Below, in pieces: positions 21,751-36,050 of a stretch of 64,000 nt of DNA. The DNA is from Amphiscolops sp. MND2022 (taxonomy: Eukaryota). The position numbers and the translations under genes are program-made. Where the stretch lies: positions 17,050,001-17,114,000 of the forward strand of contig OZ076412.1 in the NCBI GenBank assembly GCA_964187785.1, written 5' to 3'. The number at the start of each line of letters is the position of its first letter. Positions within the stretch are counted from its first letter, which is position 1. The notes beneath the pieces were generated by a model that ran no database searches, was not told the origin of the DNA, and saw only the letters and a list, made by a program, of their open reading frames with translations.

Positions 21751-23944
21751 ATTGTCCTAAGAGGAGGTACTAGCAAAATAATCCTCCATTTTGGGAACTT
21801 GCGCTTGGTTGTCGATCCGCAGATTTCTCGTGATGCTTTGCAAAAATATTATTTCGTAAATTACTTGAATGGAGGTTCGATGAAATATACACCTGTGCTC
21901 CACGGAACTTACAGTCTGTAATAGTTGGGCTCTTTTATTAATAAAAGCGCCGACTAAATACACTCAACTGACAACAGCAAAGACGCCTTTGGTGAAATGA
22001 AAAACTATTCCAAACAATGGCGCAGTGCCGAGAGAAACCGGGGCAGGAGGAAGGAGGCTTCTTTGGCCTCGTCCAGCTTTGCAAACGTGAATAATACGTT
22101 ATTGTCAACACTTCTCATTCACTATAGCTCACCAGATACAACAAGGACATTCCTCAAATTACAAAGTGCCGAAAAGTATCCCAGCATGACACGACATCTT
22201 GTTTGCGAAGCGCGAACCCTAAGCACTAAGTTAAGATGCGGGAATTTGGCGAGAAAGTCGGGGAAAAACAATTCGGATACAATACGAGTTTGAGTGTCCT
22301 CGGCTTTTTGGTACCCCAGCGCGTCTTTGTCGACAACAAAATAAACAAAAGATGGTAGCTGCTGTTGTGAACACGTTTCCGAAAATCGACAAACACTTCT
22401 CGTCACATTTCTTTGGAATAAAGTTCGTACTCTGTGAAAACATCCACGTTTTTTTTGTAAGAAATGTTGATTCATCCCGTTTTTTCCAGGGACTGCGGGT
22501 TTGTTCATTTTCTCGGTACAGAGAATTTTCAGTCGACACAGGCGTCTGGTACCGGAAACAGGTAATTATTTTATTTCAGAAAAAAACTTTCATGATAGGT
22601 AAATTTATGTAAATTAAAGTACCTAAGTTTTGCGTCTGCAACAAAGTTATTCCAAATGGGTATGGATGAAAATACGTTCTCAATGCACGAGGAACTAGGT
22701 TCAACTGCTTAGCTGAGGGTAGGCAAACATCAAAGAATTGGCCGAGAACTTATATTTTTCCTAATTCTTGCATTGTTGAGCTGGAAAAACTGGTTTTTTC
22801 TTTGAAGTTTTAGTATTTTCATCAAAGGTCAAAAATTGCGAGATGGAACGGATTTTGAGTTCTTTGGAAACTGCATGTACAAGCTTGTTATACAACGCAT
22901 GAATAATATTAACTCCGTTTTTTGACAAAAAGTTTCTGCAGTAAATCAACTGTTGTTATATTGGAGTTATCGGATAGAAAGTTCGGCTAGAAAAAAGCTC
23001 TATTTTCGCTATGACAATTTCCGCTGAAAACTTGATGATTTTAGGTTTTAATCGATATCGTAGAAGTATTATAAACTATATGAAGACACTTTCTGGGATT
23101 TATATGTCGCACATAATGGATCTTCCCGCAGAACTAAACATCCCGAAAGATTTTATACAACATGGTCTATTTGGTCTCTGAAACACAGCACTGGACCAAT
23201 GTAAAGCTCAGGATACTTGCATGATGATTTGTTTTCTAGTCTTGGATCTTCGATTACTGGAGTTTCAGGTTGGCCTTTGCGAAACTGGACGTCTCTGTTT
23301 CTTTTTCAGTATTTGTAGTTCGAGTCCGAAAGAATTGGTCACGTTTATAGTGTCCTTGCCGAAACGAAAGTCGGTTTTCTCAGCAGCCAATCAGTTGTGT
23401 CTTTCGCGAACATTGTTATTGTGCTTTCAGAGCAATTACAGGTAAGAATACGGAAACATGGCGTTCGTTTTTCAAAATAACTTTCAAATAGACAAAATTT
23501 CGTCCTGCGAAACCGTGCACTTATACGTTGTCAGAAGGATATGATTGTGCCAAATGCTCCACTAGAATCAAGGAAACACGATTGACCTGCTTGCAGAAAT
23601 TTTGTACTTTTGTTGTAATCTAATGATCAACAAGACGCTTCCTGACCAGCATGATATTTTCTGTTCAAACTGTTCTAGCAATGACATATTTTCGAGACTC
23701 AAGAGTATCCATTGCACTATGAAAACGAATAAATAATGAAAAAAGCTTCGACACTTTTTGAAAAATCTTATCCCATTTCAGAAGGAAACATTTCAAGAAC
23801 ATGTCAAAGACCTATTAGTTCTTTTTGTCGGCTTGGTTGTAAACCAAAACATAACCAGTCAGTCTTTTTTAAAAAAAAACGTACATTGGATCATTAGAGT
23901 GCATAGGTAAGCTTAATTTGCTCAAAGCACAATTTTGTGCTTTC

Positions 23945-24520
23945 AATGCCTCGGATTCCACGACCATACCTTTAACTGTGCAAAATTGGCAAATTACGTC
24001 ACAAGTCCCGGATTCCACGGATTTTGTCGTGGATTCCAGTAACAAATGCTTAGCTGTACGCACTGTCGCCATGCCGCTGTGTCCCGGATTCCACAAAAAC
24101 GTAAGTTTTGCAAAACGGACCAATCAGATTGCAGAAATCAGAAATTTCCTGGATTCCACGACTTTGTGCTTGACGCGATACGCGGAATCTCTTCTTGAAC
24201 TAAATTCAAGTGGAAGACTGAACAAACATAATTTTATGAATAACTTTTCGTAAATTTATTCAAAATGATTCAAACTAACACACCAATATTACACAAATAT
24301 TCGTATTTTTCGAAGTTTATTACCAGTGTTGAACAAACTGCCAGATCATCACAATCTGCCATTATTTGATGACATGCTCCAATTTTGGTACCAGTCACTT
24401 ATTCATTGATATGAAATCGATTTAAGTGGAATCCAAGACAAGCTCAACATCAAAAGGAAATTTTGTCTTGGATTCCAGGTATTTTCTCAATTTTCGTGTC
24501 CCGGATTCCACGAAAAGCAG
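23945..24520. repeat. Cluster of (CC)GGATTCCA(C/G) motifs, probably transposon subterminal repeats
   Basis: About seven GGATTCCA copies (near 23954, 24011, 24032, 24086, 24151, 24473, 24503) plus an inverted GTGGAATCC near 24426. Confidence 0.5.
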
Positions 24521-24769
24521 CAAAAGAGCTTGCCTATGCACTGTAATGATGACGGGTCAAGTTGTTCTTGCATTACAAAATTGCGCGAAATGTTTACAGA
24601 AAAGAATATCAACATTTTAAAAAAAAGAATTTTCATTGGTTTCAAGTCGTTTTGACTCACTTTTAACAATAAAAATTGTAATTTTTTTAACTTTCGGAAT
24701 TTTGATAACTTTCAATAAAAAGTAACTAATTCGACAAACAACAAATTTTTGCGGCCATTTTGAGGCTCT

Positions 24770-26740
24770 CATCTAACGTGAAACTGCAACTGAACTTCGA
24801 AAGGCCGAATGAATAACGCATTCGTTCGCTGTTGAACGTTTTCATTAAGAAATCAGAACTTTGTATAAGAAACGTTGAAAATGTTTTTTTTTCACTTCCG
24901 ACTCATCAGGGTCATTTTTGAAGTGATTTTGAAGAAAAACAATGCAGCTCTTTCTTCAAAATAGCATACTGTATAGCTAGTTTGTTCGTTTTTGAATGTA
25001 TAAAATTTTCTTTCTAACAAAAAAGTTTCAAAAATTGTACCCAAACTGCAGGTAAAACGCAAACTGGAAAGGTTTGGGTTTTGATATTTTGGGTGAAATC
25101 GAGGAATATTTCCTGTGATAATTTGCATTTAATTTTTCAAAAAGTTTACCGAACAAAATTTTCGAAGGCTAATTCAATAATATAAAGTTCTAATTTACGA
25201 AATCGTTCAATCTTTTGAAAAACAAATGGTTGAAAACGTCAAAATTTTTGAAAACTTTTGACTTTTTGGTTATACTGGGGTCACTTTGAGGCTCTTTTCA
25301 AACATTAAACTGCAATTGAATTTCAAAAAATCTACTCTATCTCGCGTTCGTTTGCTGTTGAATGTTTTAACTCTTCTCAAATACGAAACTTACGAAATTT
25401 CTAACAAATATCATTTTTCGGAAAAAAATTTGGAATTTCGACTCATTCGGGTCATTCTGACATAACGTTCTATCTAGTAAACGACAAAGTTTTCTTTCAA
25501 AAGGTGTACTGAAAGCTTGATAAATCTTCCGGAGCTTCAGAACCATCTAGTTTCACAAACAATTGTTAAAATTGTCAAAAAAGGAAACTTTCGATATTTT
25601 ATACCATTTTCGGCTCAGATTGAGACATTTTCCAAGCACAAATCTGCAAATACCTCCGACAAAAGCCAACTGGATGTCAACTGCATTTGTTGTTGGACCA
25701 CCATTCCATTATTCTAACCCTCGACGCGTTTCGGAAGTTCGCAGACTTTTGCACACAAACGTTGGAAATTTCAATTCTACTTTCCGACTCACATGTGTCG
25801 TGCTGAAGTATTTTTGATGTGAAACACTCTAATTGATCTTCAGAAAAGGAAACTACATACCTGATTCTTTCGCCTTTGATTGTTTGGAACCCTCTAACTC
25901 ACCAAAACTCTCAAAAATTATACTCAAATAACATGAAGATGCTACATAAACTGGAAACTTTTGTAAATTTTTGGGATTTCGACAAAACCTGGGTCGTCCC
26001 AAAGCTTATTTTATCAAAAACCGGTCCTTATCCCATCAAACAGAAAATTGGAGAACGCATTCAGTTGTTGTTGAACAATTTTGGAGTTCTAATTTATGAG
26101 AACTTTGGAAATTTCGTAAAAATTGTGTCGGAAAATCGAAAGTTTCTAGAAATTTTAAAATCTATTAAGTTTTTTTAAAAACTATTTTGGGGACAATGTG
26201 GAAATTTTTTTCACAAAACTGCATTTATATCCCAAAACAACCTAACTGGAGAACAAATTCATTCGTTGTTGAACGGTTTCAACGTTCGGGTTCATGAAAT
26301 CTCCTGAAAATTTGACAGAATTTGCAAAAAAACGTGAAGATCGGAACATTTCGGAGTTGCCAATTTTGGTCAAATTTTGAGCCTTTGTTCATTGGAAAAC
26401 TGCGTTTATATCTTAACAAAAGCCTCCCGGACAACGAATTTGTTCTTCCACCAAGTTGTTTTCGAAAAATAGACAAAAATGGCATGAAACTTTTAAAAAT
26501 CTGAAATTTTGGGAATTTTGTCAAATTCAGACTGATTTTGAGGATGTTTTTTTTTCAAAACAAATTGCATTTATCTCTTCGAAGAAGCCTCTCGGACAAC
26601 AAATTCCCTAGTTGTTGAATCTTTCTAACTTTCTAAGCTAGCAAGTGTATCAAAAATTTGACAAAATTGCATAAAAATTATAAAATTTGGAAAAGTTTGA
26701 AGTTTTTACTATTTTTGGGTCATTCTGGGGTCTTTGGAGT
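24770..26740. repeat. Degenerate AT-rich tandem-like array
   Basis: TTCG(T/C)TGTTGAA and GGGTCA(T/C)T blocks recur every few hundred bp (for example near 24825, 25348, 26063, 26262, 26610); no credible ORF. Confidence 0.45.
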
Positions 26741-28252
26741 CAACCAAAAAGGTCGAAAAATCTCTAAAAATACATACCACCTGATACTAATTTTACTTCT
26801 GTTGAATTCTATGGGTGAAACCATTTAGCTTAGATATAAATTTGGTGCTTGGCAACTTTTGTAAGAAAAACGTTTGATTTAAATATTTTCTTTCCTCTTT
26901 CCATATGAAATATGGACGGAAAATAATAAACTATTTTGATGATAAATTACTATGGTTGGTGACAAATATCCGTTCCAAAACTCTACACCCGCAATGAGTT
27001 CTCAATCGAATTTGACTTTTCCATATTGAAGTTACCTGAAGTCGCGCCAAAGTCGCAGTAGGCTTTTCAATTTCACTAAAAAGAATTGAGTTTCATGTCG
27101 ATAAATTACGCAGAAACGCTTTACGCCTTCATCATGGACAAAGATTCCGTCTTCTAATCACTCGATGATTGTTTGGATGTCAATTCTTGTAGTAAGCCTT
27201 ACCTAAAAGATTGCGACCTCGCTTCATACATTTCCTGGTTTGGATTCTTTGGACTGATAATCGTAGCTTTGTCAGAGGATCGTTTTTTATTATCCATTCT
27301 TCAGTTAGAAACAAAGTTTGATCAGGAATTTTTTAAGTAGCAATAATGACTATGTTTGATAGAATCGGAAAGACTGTATATTCAACCTTTAACCGGTACT
27401 TCTTTTTTGAGTTTCAATCTGCCTTGTATCTTTGCTCTTTATTGATTCCTAAAACGTGCTTTGCTCCTTCACTGCTTGTGTGAAATAATGGAGTTTCGCA
27501 TTCATCCCAGTGTATATGGTTTTGGACAGCTTTGTTCGTTTTTCATCCGTTGGCATGAAGATTTTATCCGTGAGTGAGCAAAGTTGATCCAGCTTATGAT
27601 TTCGGTTCGATACTTCGTTTTTTAATCACTTGATTGTTGATTACCGTTGTAGTTTGGTCATTCGAACTGATCATGTATCATTGAAATCAAGTGAATCAAT
27701 TTTCTCATGAAAAGCTATTCTTAGGTGAACGCGTAGAATTGAAGTTTATCACGTAATCTTTGCAATGGAAAGAACCAACTGTTTTCTAGCTGTTTATTGC
27801 TTCCCATTTGTTTCTCACGACAATTAGGCTCACAAAATTTATCGGTGTTGCATTTATAATTTCAATTCTATTATTCTAGAAGTAATCTGATATCTACTTT
27901 TTTCTATTATTCATAATTATCATGATGCTTAGCATTGCGTTAGGAAAAACAAAAGTTTTACTCTTGGAATCTGAACTTCGGTAGAAACCTTTACGCTAAA
28001 AAACTTTGGTTTGACTGAATAATGTTTCAAAGATCGTTATGACAATTCTCTGGAAATTTCGTCAGGGGAACATTTCAGAAACAGTGTAGTGGGAAAGTAT
28101 CAAACAGTTTTTTCATAGGCTACAAATAATTTCATTAGTCATCGTGTACATGATGAAATTTGACTCAATTTTTACAGCAATCGAGCATTTTCAGAATGTT
28201 TCTTTCAGTAGGTTTAATTTTGTCCTGAAGATTCACATTTTTTGTTTTCTTT

Positions 28253-29079
28253 TCAAGAACTTCGCGTTTTGTTTCCTTTGCTGAAAATTTGTTTCAGCCC
28301 CGCGCCCAAAGCTTCACGCATTGTTGGAAACATTTGTAGTACGAGGCCATTCACGATGCCGTTGAGTGATGACGCAATATGACCGGCCAATCGTAGCAGC
28401 TCATATTGCTTATAAACTTTGTAAGGAAAAATGATCTCTTCTGAGCTATCTCCCGTCAGGTGATCAGATGCAATAATGGCAGTGAACACATAATCAAAAA
28501 TGTTCCACAAACAAATAAAAATTAAAAAACAATATGCTAATGTGAACATCATAATAGTAATCTTGCGATCATTCGATGCGGAATTAGAAGCGGTGGTGGT
28601 AGTCTTTGCATCCGAAGGTTTTGTAGCTGATCTTTCCTTTTTCTTTTTCTGCAAGTAACGCTTGATCAAACTAACCCCTGAAATTGTGTTAAATAAAACA
28701 ACTAAAAGTAGGGGGACCAGAAAAATAATAACGACAGCATAGATATCCAGGAAAGAAGCTGCATCGGCGTTAGACCAATAGCAAACGTAAGCATTATTCA
28801 TGTCTTCGTCAAGGCAATGAAGCTGAAAGATTTTTCTGTGAAACAAGATCAGTGCTGGTGTGCACATTAGTACCGAAACTACTGTAAAAATTAGAAAAAG
28901 GGGCTTAACTTTTTCTTTCTTGCCGTTAACGCGATACCAATTAGGTTTCATAATGGCCAGATAACGATCCACAGAGATCCACACATACGCCCAAGCGGAA
29001 CACATTTCGCATGAAGACAAAACCCACCTGAGACCGCCACAAACCCATCCACTCGAAGGCAGCTTGATTAAATTGGCAT
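28253..29079 (-). CDS. Class A (rhodopsin-like) GPCR, terminal exon covering ECL1 to TM7 and the C-tail
   Basis: Acceptor ttttcaacgtttag ends at 29080 (phase 1); open to the stop at 28253. WVC at the top of TM3, SAWAYVWISVDRYLAI (DRY), ECL2 Cys (YVCYW), TM5 FLVPLLLVVLFN, basic ICL3, RKITIMMFTL TM6, TM7 SSLNGIVN, helix 8 MREAL. Confidence 0.9.
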
Positions 29080-29299
29080 CTAAACGTTGAAAATCAAAAC
29101 TTGATTTGAATAACGTAAACGAGCGTTCGTCTCATCATGGTTTTAATCGGATCAAAGTTTTATTGAAGTTTCCCAAAAGTTGAAATTTGGATGATTGCAA
29201 TTTTTGTCTTTTTTTAAAGAAAAAATTGTATTTTGTTGACTGACAGAACTTTGGACGATAAACTTCCTTTTAAAACGGAAATTCTAAAGATATTATCAA

Positions 29300-32200
29300 T
29301 TTCATGTTCGAATAAGTTTTGGACTTCATACATCACATCAAGAAAAACGGCTTTTGAACTTGAAGAGCAATTCAACGGTACAAATAAACAGCCAATTACA
29401 ACCAAACAACACAACGACAAAATCGATAAAACGGACATTTTTACGGGAACTACACATTCCGATCTTAGAGGAGAAAGATCACACCCGTGCAAAACTATGG
29501 TGGAGAAAGTTTGTCCAATATATCGAAATGACCCATCATCAAGACTGGCAATCCCCAACGGAATAATACTGCTGTATAGAGACCAACTGGAGGAAACATA
29601 AAAGATGTATTCATATGGCCAATTGGAAATTCAGAGATCACGGAATTGACAGAAAAGGTTAGAGAAACAGAACCAAACTCACTTTCTTTATACCGACCGT
29701 ACGCACTATTACACATACATTTTTTTGTAGAACAGAATAACCACCATAGCAGAGCGGACTTCTCCATTTTCAAGCGAGAACCAGGAGAATCGACCGCAGA
29801 AACCTGGAAATGTGTTCTGAAAATCGAAAACAAGTGAATTTAAAGAAACGAACAAAACTCCTACTCGTGATTGGGAAAACCACAGGAGACAATAAACTGA
29901 AAGAAGGTAAAGAAAGGGGATTTACATGATTGAGCAAAACTCAAACACGTGGGGATAACATTTTACCAAAAATTCTGAAGAAGCGAAGCAACTTCAGCAA
30001 CCTTCATTGCATCAGATGTGGTGCACCAAACTGGAACAAGCGGCATGATTGTCCGGTTAGACATTAAAAATGTCTGAACAGCGCAAAAACTTGGACACCA
30101 AGTAAAGCTATGTCAATCGAAACAAAGAACAGACCGTAAAGTTTTCAAGTATCTCAAGATTCCGAAGCAACAAGTGCTGAAAAGGCGAATGGTCTATAAA
30201 CCAAACACACTCGATAACCCGGAACGGTCTATTCGACAGTGGATCACTGGTCACACTAATACCCAAACACGAGTTCAAGGAATTTACGCCGATTTATCAA
30301 CTTCGATCCGAATACAAAGACATAAACAACTAAACAAAAATCGGAGGCAACAAACTAGCAAACGTAAGAACACCCGGAAAAAAGAAAAAAAAACAAAATT
30401 GAAACTTTTAACCACAACAAAAAAACAAATCCACTACCCGGACTAAATTGGATGAAGAACTTGTGGATCAAGTTAGATACCGAAACATCTAACATACAAA
30501 TGCAAACAATCCAAGAAGTTTCGATTAAAATAGACTTGGAAAAAAATCGATATGTTTTCACGAAAACAAAATAAAGAAAGGAATAGAAGTGGATGTTTAA
30601 CTGAAACCAGATGAAACACTAATACAGCAAGAGGGCTGATCAATACTGTTACATTTACAACTAGCAGTCGAAAAAGAAACCAAATACCTCAAAATTACCG
30701 GTCACACTGAAAAAAAGCAACAAACCGTTCTGTTAGCCCTGCCGTAACAATCGTGAAAAAAGGACAAAACAGTAAAAACATCCTCGAAATAACGGTTGAT
30801 TGTTGAACAAACAGTGAAAACAAAATCCCGAAAGCCAAAATACAGGTATCAATTAAGATCGCTGAAAGAGCAACGGTTGAAAACTGGTTTTCCAAAAATC
30901 GATTTTTATTGTGCATGCGGTTTTTCTACTTTTGTCAAAGAATGCGATAGCGTTATGCAAATAGCCATTACAGCTTCGTGAAAGGCTTCTACAGTCTAGA
31001 AATCATACCGACCACAATCAAAGAAAAGATTGACCAAACACTGTAGAATAAACATCCGGCGTAGCTAGACGAGATAGTGGTCACGGAAGAACAACAACGA
31101 AGGAATAACATAAGCTTATGTTAGTAGATTCATTACCAAAACTACCAAATGCAGGGTATAGGTTTGAGCGAAGACCAAACGGAAGTTTTCAAAACTGAAG
31201 TAGAGTAGTTAGGGCATAAAATCAACCGAAACGGTACCAGACCCTTACATTTCAGACTAATGCCAATACAAGAACTAAAAGAACCCAAAAACGACAAAAC
31301 ATGAAAAAGTTTTCTTCAGGAAAAGTTATGTTTTTGTCAAAGTACATAGGCAATTTGTCCGGACTAACCGAACTGCTAAGACAACTGGTTAAGAAAGTAC
31401 TCGGAATTGGACAACGGAACACCCCGAAGTTTTTTTAAAGTTTAAAAAGTCACGGATTCCCGTGGTTGGCACATTACAGTTTCAAACTTCACTACACAAA
31501 AACTACTGACGCCAGTACGAAATGCCTGGTGCAACACTATAGCGGAATTATTTAAGCGGTGACCTTAAACCGAAAGCATATGAAGCAGAGTTCTTTACAT
31601 CCTGGAAAAAATATACCATCAATTACCGCGAATTGCTTGATGGAATGAATTGCAGTCTCGGGATGAAAACATTCTGGTCAATCTACGTGATGTGAATTAG
31701 GAAAATTATTGAAGGCAATAAAATGCATTAGTTGAAACAACACATAGCGCCCGTTTATTTCGCTTGCCAGATCTACTAGCGCACTTTGCAATTACCATGA
31801 ACCATTTCGCGAGAAAGCATTTAGAGCTCGCGGAAAATCTATCGAGAAATCCGAACGCATGGCTCGGAAAAATTAAGCATATGAAGAATGTAATAAAAAG
31901 CATAGTACTGCATTTGGACTTTTTGAAAACTCGGTGAACTTAGCGACCATTTCAACCAATCACATGCCAGCAGCGAACTAATAAACCGGCGAAGGCATAG
32001 AAAGAACGGTGATCGGGCAGCACTCGTGAACAACCGAACCTTGACAGCCTTCAACGCAACGCAATTAGCAATGCACAAGTCAAATGACAAATGCTTGTTA
32101 CCAATACCGAAAGCGTCGAAACAATGGATAACAGACTTCAACTAATGGACATCTTCGACCGATTAGATTCCTAGCTAAAAACAATCGACTCCAAATTGCG

Positions 32201-35200
32201 GTGGCGAAACATAAAAAAGCCAAGAATTTACCGACTCTCAAATGGTAGATAAACGGAATACTACGAAACTAATTCCTCGGTAGAGAAAGAAAGACAATTG
32301 GGAAAGTCTCAGGAAAAGTATACACAGACTCGAAAGCCCGGCCTGAATTCAGAAACCACAACAAAGTTGAAGCAACCATCTGCAAACTAGCCTTTTCATC
32401 ATCGTCATCTTCCTTTAGAGATTTGTGCCAAGAGCACAAGCAAGTCACCGAAAACGTGAACGCGAATATCAACAAGGCCCATCAAGATTGTAACCAATGC
32501 CATCGCAGTTCCAATATTATCAGTAATAAATCCCGATGAAAAAAGAGAAATACTGGCCGACTCCGAACTTGCACCGTCGGTGTTAGATGTTCCGACAATC
32601 AACTGTGAAATTTACGTCAGCTTGAAAATCATGCAGTACATCAAAAAGGGTGTACAGATAGCATGAACGGAAACTGTTCTCACGAAAGGTCTGTTATTTC
32701 ACACTGAGAAGGTCGTAGTACCAACAACTTTACGCACAATCGTCTTTACTACACTCCACAAAAGCTATTCGGTCAAAACAAAATGAGTCTATCAGCGATA
32801 GATTTCTTGTGGCCGTAATTGACGGAAGCTAAACAAAGGAAACGAAACATTTGTAAGCCGTGCAAAAGTTTTGATAAGAATCTTCAACATAATACACCGG
32901 TAAAGGGACAAAATAGTGTACCAACATTAGGCAAACCGAACGAAGAAATCAATTTGCATTTCAATGAACTAATCAGGGAACCACAATATAAGACACATCC
33001 CGGTAACGAGCTAGCAGGATCCTTCTAGATCTATTTTTGCGCAATCAGAGCGTGAATGATTTTTGGAAATTTTACCTTGTCACAAAACAGACCCCTTGAT
33101 AGGACGTTACACTAGTTGGCACAGCTTCGTAAATTGACCAGTTTATACCATCGAAAATGACAGTTGTGGTCTTGTTTACACCAAACATCGTCTCTTCGCA
33201 ATTTGACTACCGAAACTGTGCACCCAAAATTCCAGGTGTTTCTGGTAATTACAATTGGTTCTGGTAAATACACAGGTCGATTCAGAATTCCACTGCTTGA
33301 TTCGCAAACACAGTATGAATCAGTCAAATTCATTACAAAGGTATTTCTAAGAACTAGTAATTAGACAGTGCTAATGAGACTGCTCACAACAGGGACCAAA
33401 AGTACGCATTTCAAAAAGTCGCTGACAAATCAATCAATAGGCAGTTCATATGTACACACGTATTTTTCACTGTCATTCTGTAAGATTTTTTATTCAGTTC
33501 ATTGTTTCATGGTTAATAATCGAAATGAATTTGTTTTCAGTTTGATAAAACTTTAGGTTTGTTAGGTTGTTTTGTAGATGGAGCTCATCTTGGATTATGG
33601 ACCTACAATCTTTAACTGAGGGACTCAAATCGGGGATTTGGTTTTGTTGGTGGAAGAAAACAGTGTTTATTTAGGCGGAGAATAGAGCATATTGTCCAAA
33701 CTTCGTGTTTAGTTCATTGTTTTATGATTGGTATTCCATACATTTTTTTTTCGGATTGATAAAACTTCAACTTTGTAGAGACTATTTGTTACAACGTTGC
33801 TTGATGTTGCTCACGACAGGGATCAAAATGGATCACTGTACATTCCGTGACTCAAAATACCTTGACCAGAAAAACCCAGTTGATCATTTCGTTGACCAAT
33901 CATTCCGGTGAAACCAGGTTAACTTGTGACAGCGACCAAAATTAAAGGCAGTTGAGCGTCTGATAATGAGGTTTGCGTTGAATTACATTTTCTTAAAACA
34001 GGATGATATTGCGACAGACGGTATTGATCAGCCTATATATACTAGCTCTCGACAGGGACCAACAATACCTAGTTTCATAGCCCTCTGACAGAAAAATAAG
34101 TTGTGACAATGGTATTGAGTAGTAGCTACAAAGTATATTATTTGCACCTTAAACTCATGAATGGAGTACACATGTACACGTGTGCAATGCGGTTTTACGT
34201 ATTATGCACATTAAAGCTCAGTAATGATAACTTATTCTTCAATGAATCATTGTTTAACTTCACTGTTTCACGATGTGGTGGTGAGAAAATTTGGAATTAA
34301 TATGAACACTGAATTTTGAATGCTCATAAGCATGGTGCAATTCAGTCAAACGTTGACTAAACTACAGAAAAGTATACTTTTGGACCAAATTCCACTTTTA
34401 ATTAACTGCGCGCCTTCACTAGTATACACTACTTTCCATTACGTGCGTTGACGTTGACGACGCTACAGCTTCCAGGAGTAGACAGTCTTGACTGAATTAC
34501 GCTTAATGACCACTATACGGAAAACACAGATTCCGCAGCGTGACTGAAATCCATTTCGCCGGACTGTGTCTCGTAATGTGTTTCGTTTCTCTGTTTTATT
34601 TTCCTTGGAATAAAAAACTGACTGACGCCAGTCTGCGCCAGACAACAGACGGACAAACGGATGTGGGGTTTTTGGAACAATACGTCTAACCAAACAAAAT
34701 ACCTGAAACCATAAGAACTGATGAAACATCGGGACATCACTTTAGAGATTTTTGCAAGGAAAAACTCATTTCGCTAACATACGTAACACTGTACATTCAG
34801 ACTACAACTGGTTTTGCAGAGCATGAGTAAGAAGTAAACAAATGCTGAAGAACAATAAAACAAATAATTCATTCGGAAAAACACTCGCGTAAGCCTTGAG
34901 CGTAATGCGAACACAGCAGACAAAAAAAACAGAATAGAGTAACTTGTTGAATTTTGTAAACTTTGATAAAACAAAAAAGCTAACCAAGATTACACTCTTG
35001 TCAAACCAGAAATCATGTAAGGGTACAAGTTCAGTGGAGAAGGAAGTAGCTTTGACCATCTGCCAAGGAAACAGAGGATAAAGGCTCGAAAACGTAGGTA
35101 ATTATCCGTCCCATTCCTTTCAACGATAGCCCAATCGCGGGACCAAAACATACTGTGACCACCCTAGATGAGGAAGTATTTCACCCTTAACTAACAGTAA

Positions 35201-36050
35201 CCCAAACAAAACATTTGAACAGGAGCCGACTAACAGAGGCACCGCACCGGATCAAGAAGACCGGGTGGAAGTTTCGTGAAGAATGAAGACGAGTTACAGA
35301 CACGGCAAATCGCCAACAACATCTAGAGGGTGCCAATCCCAAGAATTACCTGACCCAAAATGAACAAAAATATTTGGCAGAGGACGACCAGGGCTGATCA
35401 AAAACTGTACGGCATCAACCTCGCCAGAAAAGACACCAAGCAATTTCCACATCCAAACCGCAAGCCCAAAATCAAACATCTCACAATCAATTCGGATCAA
35501 ATATCTGTGTCCGACATGTACCAAGCGATCCAAGATTCGAAGTATCGAAATGATCTAAGATTAGCAGGCGTTGAAATACATTTCAAGGATAAAAAGGTAA
35601 GGTAACTACTAATAAGTGCGAAAAAGAGACGTAAGACTTGATACATCAGATCTAGATTTAGCAAGTTATTTAGGCTCTAGCACTGAAATTGGAACAGATA
35701 TTGAACCAAAAGGAGAAACTATCCTACGGCGGTCATAAAGGTTTCAAAAACCAATACAATGATTAGACTGTATCATCCGAATTACCAAAACAATTACAGG
35801 AAACACTGCAAACAGACTGAACCTGTCACCGTTCATGGAGGCATCAGAGCTAGCAGTGAAGCAGGACAGTGAAGAAAACCAGACACTGCCCACAAATTTC
35901 GAAGAATCCATCAATGGGGATCCAACCAGGTACTCGCAGAATTCTGGAGAACAAGGAACAAGATAGTGGATGGCGTACCAACCACAACACTAGAGAAGAC
36001 AGCAACGCTTGTTCATTGGAAACTTCTCCTCAAATTGTAGACGGGGAATG
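29300..36050 (+). mobile_element. Decayed Ty3/Gypsy retrotransposon; integrase interrupted by about 1.5 kb of unrelated sequence
   Basis: Gag-like AKLWWRKFVQYI; RT WFSKIDF, F.KGFYSL..IPT..KEKIDQ, LDEIVVT (degenerate xLDD), LGHKI; RNase H TTDAS; integrase VVVPTTLR..LH, CKPC, PNEEINLHF, and after the break TTDGQT.VGFLEQY..PETIRTD..FCKEK. All broken by stops and frameshifts; LTRs not resolved. Confidence 0.8.

Noticed and set aside
22122-22612. Overlapping 86-128 aa ORFs as a gene or transposase
   Set aside because: No motif I can assign; probably decayed TE sequence, but unsupported.
27150-27620. Possible Gypsy integrase relic on - (LFHTSSEGAKHVLGINK)
   Set aside because: Only one weak H..G.HLGI.K-like motif among many stops; too degraded to call.
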